A DNA stretch of 64,000 nucleotides. Origin: Setoptus koraiensis (Eukaryota; Animalia; Arthropoda). Where the stretch lies: positions 1-64,000 of the forward strand of contig CM106586.1 of assembly GCA_048013815.1 (NCBI GenBank), read 5' to 3'. Of the stretch, positions 12,851 through 24,718 are shown piece by piece. A program made the translations under genes and the position numbers. The notes beneath the pieces are model-generated. The model was not told the origin of the DNA and searched no databases. It saw nothing but the letters and a program-made list of their open reading frames with translations. Numbering within the stretch: position 1 is the stretch's first letter; the number at the start of each line of letters is the position of its first letter.

Positions 12851-15800
12851 GGTATGAGGATATAACTCTTGTCAGTGTTGTGACAGTAATAGAAAGAGTG
12901 ATTCACACAATTACTGAATGCACTTTATCACGCACTTACAAAACTTTTTCTTGGTCCCTTTCTGTGTCTGTCTCTGCTTTGCTCTCTAATGATTAGAGTC
13001 TAATGATTGCAATGTTGTAATTGCGCAATGGTTCAATTGTTACCCAAAATGACCACTGCCTCAGGATGTTTGTTGCTCGTGTTGTTTGTTAGTGCGTGTG
13101 CGTGTGCGTGTGCGTGTATTGTTTCATTGGATCACACTCGCCAGCTTATCAATTATGTCTCACTACCACTAAAAAGCTTACTGAATCCCCCTAGTGTCAG
13201 CAATTCAAAGCTTAACTGACCAGCCAGGTGCAGCAGTTTTAATCTGCACCGTTGTGCGTATTATCCATACGGCTCATTCCTATGTTAATAACATTATGTA
13301 ATAACGACTTATAACGTCAGTATGGCTAGGTCTGGTGATTAGTTCAACTTTTATATTATTATTATTCAATTCTTTAATGATAGTCACACAAATCATCAAT
13401 CTACTTTGCCTATATTAAATTCTCTTACAACATTGTGAGTTGTCAGTGTTTTGCACAATTCGGTCGCAAAGCAGCAACATTGAGCAGTATAAATGATGGT
13501 TACATTTGAACCAGAAATGGCTCATTTTTGCTTCATTACCTAACCAATGCAGTGCAGTATGCTTGCAATATGCAAATTATTCAGGCAACAAGATGGTCAG
13601 CCTACAAACACTGACACTCTTGCTTACTCTTACATTACTTGTAAGCTCTTAAAGCGTAAGCTATACTGACAATATTGTGAGGCCAATGCGATAAATACCA
13701 GTGGCTGTTCTGTACAATAACAACAACAGTGCCGGATATAATGCAGTGTAGTAATCTAATAATCTGCATAACAGCAACAACAACATGCTCAAAACAAAAC
13801 CTAACACATGACAGTGTCCAGTAACAGAATGGCCACACACAAAATAACTAGCATGCACAACCGGGCCCCAAATGACCAACTGCATATATCATTGTTTGTA
13901 CATACACATATAAATATACACAAAAACAAAACTAAGTATAAGATAAAAATAAAAGATGCACAAACTTGTGTGAATATTGGGCCAGCCACACAAAATTGAT
14001 GCAGATTGTTATCTTGGTCGATACTTTCTAGTCGATTAAATATGTTCTATATATCGAGTATCGGCAACAACAGCAACAATGAAGCTGCCGGAATCGTCGC
14101 AAATGCCAGCCAAAACAACACAAGCTTGCCTAATGATCTGAACACTTTTTCAATTTTGCGTTGGCGCACTTGCATTTATCCGCATAAAAGTTGAACAGTC
14201 AACATTAATACAGCATTTATCTTCTTTGGTCCGGCCTGGTCCGGTCGGGTCTGGTCTGAACTGGTATAGCCTGGTCTGTCTATCGTATCGATCTTGTCAG
14301 TAGTATCATAGTAACGGATAAAAGACAGCCTACAGAGTGAGTAATGTTCACCAATAATGCGCAACTCACCAAACAGTCTAGACCTACTAACCGACTGATA
14401 CAATGAACAGCCCATTAGTAGACGACACACGATTTCACGGCAACGCGTGATAAAGTGAGCCTCACAAACGGGCACCCGTTTGAAATTATCTCATGTGTCG
14501 GTGTTGTTGTTGTCGTTGCTATAAACCACCAGATGCCGCGAAATCATCCGCACTACGCTGTGTAAATGCGATTTTATCTCGATGAGCATGCAAAAAAGCA
14601 GTACAAACACTTGTAACTTTTTCCAACTATATACATGCGTGTAATATGTTGATTCTGGGCAAGCAAGTAATTTGCTCGTCCTCTTGGCAACCATTCCAAA
14701 TTGATGATGCGAGAATGATGCTAAAGATGAATTGACGTCTCTCTCTCTCTCTATTTGCGCCCCAACTCTCTCCACTATAATCATGGCATCGTATTTTGCT
14801 CGCTTATCTCGCCCATTGATTTATCTACATGTTGGACGATGCTTGCTTTTTGGGGCTTACCAACTAACGCTTCATTTTTTCTTATAAATATTAACGTTGT
14901 TGCTATAGAGAGTTAGCGATACATGAGATTATGGGGGCGCCGCTCGCCAGAAAGTTGGCCCCAAAAGTGTACTGATAAGATTAGCTAGTTAGACAATGAT
15001 GTGTTAGCGTCAGTTGCTTATAATTCAGCATCCATACAACTTTAGCAAGACTCACTTGGCTCACACCTACCAGCATCTAACAACTACTTGTGACTCACCA
15101 TCATGAGTAGCAGTCATCACTGCAAGCATTCAACATAGCACAACATAACGCAACACAACAGACACTATTATGTAAGATTATATTGCCAATACATGATGAG
15201 ATAGAAATCTAACACCAGAGCACGCAACGAAACCGTTACCCAATGTTAACTGACCGGTTGCAGCACACATTTTGTTTGAGTGTCTGTTACGAGTACATTG
15301 TATTTTTCCTCTTACTGACCTGTTCACCTATTATGACGACCATGATGACCAGGATGATGGCATTGCAGCACCAGCATTGGCCCAAACTACAAGAGGAGCC
15401 CAGAAAAAAGGAGCTTCTCAATGGTGGTAGCACCAACTGGCGGCTTAAGTTAATCTTATTTCCAACACCATGAAGCTGCCCACTCATTGGAGCTCGTCAC
15501 CATTGAGGCTTCTCTCAGGTAAAATGGGCAAAAACGAAAACTCTTTCATCAATCTGTTCGGAGGCATCTCACACTCACACTTGTGAGTAATTCCCACTTA
15601 GTATATCAACATAATAATGGTCACAGCTATTATGGCCCCTCTCACTCATACTCACAGTTATGGCAACAATATCGACAATATCCCTTTTGGGGCGATGCCT
15701 GCAATATCTGCAATATCGCCCCAAAGTGACAATATCAATTGTGATGGTTGCAATAGCAAATATGATATTAGCCTCAATTGGCGCCCCAATTACACACGAG

Positions 15801-18800
15801 CACGCCCAATAATGGCCCAATGTACTCTGCAATTATCTCGAACGATCCGCCCATCAGATACGACCGAAATCTATTCTGTTTCACCAACGATCATTCACTC
15901 AACCAAAACAACAATGCAGCAGGCTCTCTCGAATGGCCTCAATGGCAAATTGATCGCAACGAACCACCTATTCAATAGTACGAATGATATTGACTTTGCA
16001 TCAATTAGTTTTTTTCTCAAAATCTATACTTTGATGGTATCTAGCAGGGCTGATTTCAGATTTCTCATCTCTCTGCCATCGCTCTAGCCCTTCGAAATTG
16101 TCTCCTGTGATTATAAATTGCAATGTTGCACCCAACAGAAACAAAATCTCTGTTCACAAAATGATCTCTTAAAACATCACCATATACTCATCGGAATAGG
16201 TAAGGTTGATGGGCTTGCGCTCGAGCTAATTGACTTTGGCACGTATGAAATAGGACTTACTGTCAAAACACGTACTGTTAAACAAGACACTTCGCTATAA
16301 TGGTGCTGAACGCGTGCTAACTGAAACAAAACAACACTTTTTCTCGACGGATTTTCGCACCGGAGATCATGTGTTGCTGGTCGTTTTGTAAACTTGGCCG
16401 GGCTACCAATGACATGACTAAATAAGAGAATTATATTCTAATTCTAATGCTTTGAATTAAAGGAATGATTTAAAGGCGATTTTGAAAGAAGGGGTCACCT
16501 TCCGATGGAGTAATATTATTGTATGTTACTCTGGGAGCAATCCAACCATTATTGATCTTGTGAGACAGTGGCGAAGATCCCTTGTTTGACTAGTGTATAC
16601 ATTGGCGAGATATTTTAGTCGTAAAAGAATATGATTCATTTGATAGGTCCAATTGATGTGTGCCATCCCGAAGAGCAGGCTGGACATGTAACAGATAATA
16701 CGACAGTTTATTATTTTCCTAGTTGGCCATCTCTAGATAACCCCCTCATTAGGAGAAACACTCGGGAAAGTCTTGCCTCAGATTAGTTATTCTCATATGT
16801 ACCAGATTGTTACAGTTGTTACCGCATTGTTATTTACAGTTGGATGTATCAAAAAGAGAACAAACGTCATCGTTCTAGTGAAAAAATTGCATTTAAATTT
16901 GCGTTGGCGATCTCTAGCAAAAGCATATATAAGATAGCAGCATGTACAGATAAATAATAGATTGAAGAGATCAATTTATTAATGTGATAGCTCTAACCAA
17001 CTTGTTTTCTTGTGCTTTTGCACTCATTCATTTCGCTTCCATGAGAACTTTCAGATAAACGCAAATTGAAGGGTGAGTCATTACGCAACATCATACAAAG
17101 ATAGTCTACGTTGTTGTTGCTTTTGTCAATGGCTCCTATGCAATTAATGACATGTGAAGAAAAATGTTAATTGATATCTATGGTGCACTCACAACTTACT
17201 TGTTTAACTTTTTTGCATTAGTTATTAGCAGTGCATCATTGTGCGCTGTGTCTTATGTCTAGAATCAATTAAGATAAATGAACGAAACTTATACATATAC
17301 GCGCCTGTTGCCTAAAGGCCAGTGACCCTCTTGCATTGTATGTATCTGCAACCTTGAACTAGAAGTTGTTGCTTGAAAATATTGAAATATATGCTGGTGA
17401 AACTCAAAACAAATCTCTTTTCCTCTCAAAATAGCAAAGTCTTCAGCAACCTAGTCAAATAGAATTCCTTATCGAATTTGGATTGGATTGTTATAGATTC
17501 AAGTCATTAACTATAGTTTATTTACATCAGTCTGATAAATAGTGGTGGCTTCTTTAATTCGACTTGCTCAATTATTAAACTAAAAGGCTCATTCGATGAT
17601 TCTGCTGATGATCAACGAGCAGCGAATTAAAAATCATAATCAACATCATGGCGTAAGTGATTATGAGTGACAAATTCAATAAAACAAAAACAAACAATCC
17701 TTTTCTCTCAATCAGCACAAACAAGAGGAACAATTCAAGGTTAAAGCTATTGTCACCTGAAACTGTTGATGTTTCCCGTCTTGTTTTTTGTTTGTTCATC
17801 TATATTGATACTATCATTGTAATGAGAAAGCATAAGAACTATTATTATGATTATGAATAGACATGGATTTAGACATAGAGTTTGCTTTTTTATATGTACA
17901 GCTACGTATCTAGTGTGTTAGACTTGATCAATATTTATGAAAAATACAGTCTTGTTTCTCTACTAATTATACCATGTTTCAGCCTAAATACACACGTAAC
18001 TTTAGTTCATTGTTGATAATCTGATGGTAAGATTAGGTTAACATGAAAGAAGACGCGATCGCTGGAGAGGAAATCACTATATAATCAGCATGCCATAGTA
18101 TTTGTTTACTTTTAAAGCTTGGTCGATGTGAGACTAAAAAGATACGAGCTATAAAGCTAATAATGATTTCTAAACTTGATGCTCTATCTTTCTTATTATC
18201 CATGTCGTGTGTTTATGATTGAACCAAATCTCTTTGTAATACCAAGTTTGTATCTCTTCGTGCTGCTCGTTGTAATAACAATTGGTCTTGCATATGCTCG
18301 ACAACATTACTGAGGTTTAAGCTGTTTTTTATTCTTTCAGACTTGCTCTATTTCTTCTTTTTACAGATAGGCTCATAGTATAGCTGTGATAGAATAATTG
18401 AACTGACGAGGATAATAAGTTGAAACATACAAATGTGTCTAGCTAAAGTGTGAATCTTGCAGCAGCACTGTGCCACTAGTATACTCAAGAGGGCGAATTG
18501 TGATGCAAGAGTATCATGTACATACTCTATGTACCTCTATGTAGGTATTGACTAAGATCGATTTTAAAATTGCACGCCGCCAAGTCATGAAAAACTGTAC
18601 AACATTTGTGTCGTCGGTTGTATAAAACATGTTATATAACAAGTAAAAAGTTTTACAGCTTGTGAGCCATCTTTTTACTATCTGTCTGGTCTTTTAGGCG
18701 TCATTGCTCACAATAATGAAATTATAGCTAGTTCGAAATACAAATGACTAACAGAATAGAGCCAAATCATAATCTATAAAGTAAAAAAGCTTTAATCTAC

Positions 18801-20051
18801 TCTTGGGTCTAACTGATAACTACTGATCCATAACGTTTGTAAACAAACAAATACACCCACACACACTGATTGATTGGCCATTGATGGTCTGATTTTTGAA
18901 TTAACTTACAGCCAGTTAGTTAGCTGCTATCTTCTTTCGTTTGTTTATATAATTGTTTTTATCTGGCAAATGCGTGCGTTTCAACTCATTTTTAACACAT
19001 CGACTTTACTACATTGTTGCTAACATTATCATAAGAATATTACATAAGCCATTAGAATTGTTCAAAGTGATGCAAATATACATTTGGATGTCTCAAATTA
19101 CAGCGTTGCGTAAGTGTGTTTATATGATTGGAGCTGGCGCGTCTACTTGTAATAAAAGAGAGAGAGAGAGAGAAAGAGAAAATTGTGTCTGCTATCAAGT
19201 GCTTGTTATCCATAATATAAAAAAAGAAAACTATTCGGTGATTAAATCTAACTCGCTCTCTCACTCTGCCTGATAGTATTGTAATGGGTGTGTTCAATTT
19301 TATTTCCATCAATTGGAGATTTGTGTGTTCACTTATGACAAATTTACATACATTATTATACATCATATGATCACAAAAGTCAAAATATAAAGATACAAAA
19401 AACATAATAGTAAGAGAGCTTCTAAAGTCCTATCGATGAAAAGACAACCGATCGAGGCATGTTTATTAGGGATTCACATAAACAACAAACCAGACTGACA
19501 CAGTCACAAGCAAACTCTGTCTCGATATAGACACACAAGTCTCCATTTGTCAAGACCGTGTGTTTGTCTGCTACTGCTATGAGCAAACGTTAAAAACGTA
19601 GTAATCAACAACAAAACACTGGTAGGAAGTAATTAATAATAACATAATAAAAAGGTGTCGAAAATCTTAGAAGAATCGAAAAATATTTTAGTGACATAAC
19701 TAACTAACATAACGTCTGTAGTCTCGGAGAGAGTAAGTTGCTGCGTATACTTCGGTTTTTATGACCTTATTACTATCATTGACATGGTGATTTAATAAAT
19801 ATTAAAAATACACACACACACAACTGGAGTGATGATCACTAGTTGATACAAACAACATCTTGACAGATTCGTCTCTGCCAATGAGCTACGTGATGACTAC
19901 TCCGGTCAACATGACGTAAGATGCTATGTATAGACACATCGCTGGTAACAGATATCATCAATTACGATCACAATTAATAGTATTACAAATTCCTGCTTCT
20001 CTTTTTATTCTTCCTCGTCTTATTTGGCATCGTCTCAACAATAGATACGCA

Positions 20052-21230
20052 ATGACGACAATGGTTTATGACGAGTACGAGGAGCCACCAGCACCCGACG
20101 GACCTGCCATAGACGCGGAGCTTATTGTGACTGGCTTAATATACGGCATCACATTTATAATAGGAGTTATCGGAAATGGCTTAATTATTTATTCGGTGTC
20201 TCATTTTCGCGGAATGCGATCACTATCAAATGTATTTTTAGCCAGTTTAGCCACAGCCGATCTAATGCTCATATTAGTCTGTGTACCTGTGAAACTGTGT
20301 CAATTATTTTCATACACTTGGACATTTGGAGAGTTTGGTTGTAAATCTGTACATTTTGTTCAAAATTTCACCGCAATTTGCTCCGTATTTACGCTGACAA
20401 CTATGTCCATTGAGAGATATTATGCTATTATGCATCCCGTTAAATGTCGGTACATTTGTACAATGTCTCAAACAAAAAGAATTATTATTGCAACCTGGAT
20501 ACTTTCATTTATTATGGCGGCACCTGTTAATTGGATACAAATTCACAAAGAGGTTGGCTTCAAAGTAAAAGCTTATTGGTGTGTCAGAGATTGGAGTAGA
20601 ACTTTACTTTGGCAATCATATGAAGTTTACATGCTTGTGATTATATTAGTCGTGCCATTGATTATTATGACTTACTCTTACACGCACATTTGCTATAGAT
20701 TGTGGGTAGTTATGGGACAAAGAACCTCTAAATGCGAAGACGCTATTCTTGCCATTAATGATTTGGATACAGGTAACACAAAAACTATTTATTTGACAAT
20801 GAACGATAATAACAGCAATCAAACAGTCAGACAGGTAAGTTATTACTTATCGTATTAATGATTATTTCTCAGAGCAAAACCTTATGTGATACTTTCTTTA
20901 TTTGATTGCCTATTGATCCAATTAAAGACACAACCTATTTTCTCTTTTCACATTGATTCCTGTTCACCAAAACTGTCACAGGTCATCAAAATGTTAATAG
21001 CTGTTGTTATCATATTTATCTGTTGCTGGTCTCCGATATTACTCATAAACGTCTTGACTGCTTTTGGTGTAATTCAGCCTTTGAATTATGGAAACTTGAA
21101 AGTGTTAAGAATTTCCGCACATTTATTCTCATACATCAACAGTTGTATTAATCCAATTATATATGGATTTATGTCCCAGAACTTTAGAGCTTCATTTAAA
21201 ACGGCCCTAACGAAATGTCTCGGTTGTTAA
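20052..21230 (+). CDS. Class A (rhodopsin-like) neuropeptide-type GPCR; exons 20052-20834 and 20982-21230, about 343 aa
   Basis: GN in TM1, LATAD in TM2, ERYYAIMHP, CWSP and NPIIY motifs. Phase-0 intron with donor CAG|GTAAGT at 20835 and acceptor TCACAG| at 20981 lies in ICL3. Ligand class was not assigned. Confidence 0.92.
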
Positions 21231-21726
21231 TTATTTCACTATAATAAATTTTCATCAATTGATCTCGCTGAGTAAGAATTTTTTGTTGTTTTACAAGATT
21301 TTGATGCAATTTGTCTACAAGAACGTCCAAATGTCTAGATAACAACGTCTCTATTATATCCCGGCCATTTTCATGCTTGTGACCCAATAGTGTCTTGCCA
21401 TTGGTTTGCTCATCTTCTATTAGTCGCATTATGGCATGTTCGGCATCATGAAATCTCAATGACACGGCACAAAATTCGTCGGAGGTCAATTGAGAAGAAA
21501 GACTTTGAATGTCAATTAGTAGGCATTCTATAACACATTTATAATGTATCAGGTGTCGAGTTAATGTTTCCGCCGAGGCTTGGTTCTTGTAAAACTTTTT
21601 CTCTCTTTCCACAACCAATTCTCTCATTTCCAGATGATTATCTAATAACTTGTTGAGAAAGTTTTCCTGTGTTTTTAAATAGTTGCTCTGTGTGGCGAAT
21701 TTGGCGTAATCATTCAATTGGCTCAT
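21196..21726 (-). CDS. Orphan helical/coiled-coil-like protein, 176 aa
   Basis: ATG-started 176-codon ORF in a gene-dense region with protein-like composition (L/E/K/Q rich) and a downstream AATAAA (plus-strand TTTATT 21122-21127). No family recognised. Confidence 0.65.
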   Translation of the reverse strand: MSQLNDYAKFATQSNYLKTQENFLNKLLDNHLEMRELVVEREKKFYKNQASAETLTRHLIHYKCVIECLLIDIQSLSSQLTSDEFCAVSLRFHDAEHAIMRLIEDEQTNGKTLLGHKHENGRDIIETLLSRHLDVLVDKLHQNLVKQQKILTQRDQLMKIYYSEIINNRDISLGPF

Positions 21727-22199
21727 TTTGGTTTATTGTTTCTATAACTTGGATGAAATCAAGATTAAACGTAATGGTTGCATCGAGTAAATGAGTAAAC
21801 TTTACAATGGTGATACAATAATAACTGTCTATAATTTTGGCAAACTATCCGGTTTTATTTACTAAAAATAAGTTTCACATGGACATACAACGTGCTTTTA
21901 TCGTCAAGTATGGTATATATTGTGTGCAAACTAACTGTTGAAAGATTGTTACACCGAAGAATAACTTAAAATTGAGCCTAAAACGAGGCCGGCGTCGCAT
22001 TGGCGTCAGCAAAACTAATCTCGCCAAGTTGAACAGTACAGAAGTAGTACAACGGTAGAAAGGGTAGACTATGCACTAATATGCAACGACCACTTTGGCG
22101 TCACTAGAGACTGTGGCGTCATCGCCGAAGACGCCGATTGGCACAATAGTATTCTTTATAGGATAGACCTGCTCCTTGAATCCTATACCTGGTATAAGG

Positions 22200-22300
22200 G
22201 CAACTATGGCCGAGTGGTTAAGGCGATGGACTCGAATGAGCGATCAATCCGATATATCCATTGGGGTCTCCCCGCGTAGGTTCGAATCCTACTGGTTGCG
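22200..22300 (+). tRNA. tRNA-Ser(CGA) with a 19-nt intron (22237-22255)
   Basis: Acceptor stem GCAACTA/TGGTTGC, D-arm GCCGAGTGGTTAAGGC, anticodon stem ATGGA/TCCAT with CGA at 22233-22235, long variable arm GGGGTCTCCCC, T-arm GTAGGTTCGAATCCTAC, discriminator G. Confidence 0.95.
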
Positions 22301-22306
22301 ATTAAC

Positions 22307-22311
22307 TTTTT
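22307..22311 (+). terminator. Pol III T-run terminator of the tRNA
   Basis: TTTTT starts 7 nt after the tRNA 3' end, with further T-runs downstream. Confidence 0.75.
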
Positions 22312-22834
22312 GCTCATTTTCTCCATTTTCCCAATTTTTCATTGCCATCTGGTGAGTCTTTAGAGAAACTCGCCAGGATTCGTCTTGTATTCAGTGCAGC
22401 ACGAATTCAGAAGACAGCGCACTGCTGTTATGGTGCTCAACGTGAGTACTTTAGCACTCGACTGTAGGCACCACAGTCTGCACAGTCTTTACAGTGTAGG
22501 CTGCAGGCTGCAGCAGTACTAGACCAGTAGTAGACAACACCTTATAAATACCCATCGAATACCCATACCACGCCGGCCATTCACTACACATCCTGTGCTC
22601 AATGCAACTGCTCGCATAGTGAGTGCTGCTTTTCATTTCTAATGCAGTGGTCAACACACGTTTTTCACCAATACTCACTGGATTCAATTATCTTATATTC
22701 ACAACAAGTAATCACAAATATTTAGAGCCACAGACAGACAGACTGACGGCAAACGGGATCAAATCAAATTGAATAATCAATACTAATCCTGATCTATAGA
22801 ATTTAATTATCGTCCACTATCAACAATATTCACA

Positions 22835-24718
22835 ATGCAAGCCCCAATTATACTTCTCAAGGAGGGCACAGAGAGCCAGCAAGGAATTGGCCAGATTGTC
22901 CAAAATATCAGTGCCTGTCAGCTCGTGGCTCAAACTATTCGCACCACATTGGGCCCCCGAGGAATGGACAAATTAATTGTCGACGGCAAAGGTGCTGTCA
23001 CTATAACAAACGATGGTGCCACCATACTTAAGCAACTTGACGTTGTTCATCCCGTCGCCAGGACACTGGTAGACATTGCTCGCTCACAAGATTCTGAGGT
23101 GGGCGACGGTACCACCTCTGTGGTCATATTGGCCGCGGAATTTCTCAAGCAGGCTAAACCTTTCATTGAGGAAGGCGTTCACCCGCAAATTATTATCAGA
23201 AGCTTTAGAAATGCACTTCAGATTGTGCTCAAGAGACTTGGGGAAATCTCAGTCAAAGTCAACAACAACTCCGATGATATATTCATGAAATGTGCTTCAA
23301 CAACACTGAGCTCTAAAATGATCGCCCAAAAGAGGCAATTCTTCTCCAAGTTAGTAGTAGATGCAGTAAAATCATTAGATGACTATTTACCTGTTAACAT
23401 GATAGGAATCAAGAAAGTTCATGGTGGAGCCCTCGAAGACTCACAACTAATTCAGGGAGTCGCCTTCAAGAAAACTTTTAGTTATGCAGGATTTGAGATG
23501 CAACCCAAAAAATATCAAAATCCCAAAATTGCCCTACTGCAAATAGAGCTAGAATTGAAAGCTGAGAGAGACAACGCTGAAATCAGGGTGGATAATGTTA
23601 CCGAATACCAGTCTATAGTTGACGCTGAATGGAAAATCTTATACGATAAATTAGATAGGATTGAGAAATCTGGAGCCAAAGTTGTTTTATCTAAATTACC
23701 CATCGGTGATGTGGCTACGCAGTATTTTGCCGATCGTGACATGTTCTGCGCTGGTCGTGTTTCTGAAGATGACCTCAAGAGAACTATGAGAGCCTGTGGC
23801 GGAAACATACTGACTACCTGTAATGACTTGAACGACGCTAATCTTGGAACATGCGAAGTTTTTGAAGAAATGCAAATAGGCGCTGAAAGGTAAGTCCCAA
23901 TTTAATATACTAGTTTGTTCATCCTATTTATCACCCACTGGAAAGTCATCTAATTGTTGCCTAAACAAACTTTGGAGTTACTCCGGTGGAATATCGATAA
24001 TGACGATCCAAGATTGCTAAACCTTTGGTTTATCGGTCGCTGATTGTCAAGTTCTTTGAGAAGGGTTTAGAACCATTTTCCGTTACTACCCTTAGTTACA
24101 GGACACACATTCTATTACACTCTAGTATCTAATCCTCACCTAGTTATTCACAGCGACCTAATATAATGTTTTGCTTGTTATAATTATTTATTTAGATACA
24201 ACCTATTCAAAGGTTGTCCTAGCTCAAAAACAGTGACAATAATCATTCGAGGCGGTGCTGACCAACTCCTGGAAGAGGTTGACAGGAGCTTGCACGATGC
24301 TATCATGGTTGTTAGACGCTTATACAAGAAAGATTGCTCCGTTGTTGCTGGTGGTGGAGCAATAGAGATGGAGTTGGCCCATCATTTGAGACAGTACTCT
24401 CGTAATATTGCCGGAAAGGAGCAAACTATCATGTCAGCCCTCGCCAAAGCATTCGAGATTATACCCCGGCAACTGTGTCAGAACGCTGGTTTGGATGCAA
24501 TAACCATCCTTAGTAGCTTGAGAGAGAAACATGCATCTGGAAATCTGTGGTATGGAGTAGATGTCTACGAAGGAGATTGCTCCGACAATCTTGAAAAGTG
24601 TATATGGGAGCCAGCATATTCTAAGAGGAATTCCTACACGGCTGCAATCGAGGCTGCATGCATTGTACTCTCAGTGGATGAGACCATTAAGAACAAAAAA
24701 TCTCAAATACAGCAGTAG
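22835..24718 (+). CDS. CCT7: T-complex protein 1 subunit eta (chaperonin CCT7); exons 22835-23889 and 24196-24718, about 525 aa
   Basis: [10 protein letters not shown] start, [42 protein letters not shown]. Donor AG|GTAAGT at 23890 and acceptor TTTAG| at 24195 give [12 protein letters not shown]. Confidence 0.96.

Noticed and set aside
15617-16087. 156-aa ORF with CDGC (ZZ-finger-like)
   Set aside because: No second CxxC pair or other domain signal; left unassigned within the unexplained-region finding.
23940-23950. GGAAAGTC resembling the RNase P/MRP CR-I motif in the CCT7 intron
   Set aside because: No complementary P4/CR-V strand at a suitable distance.
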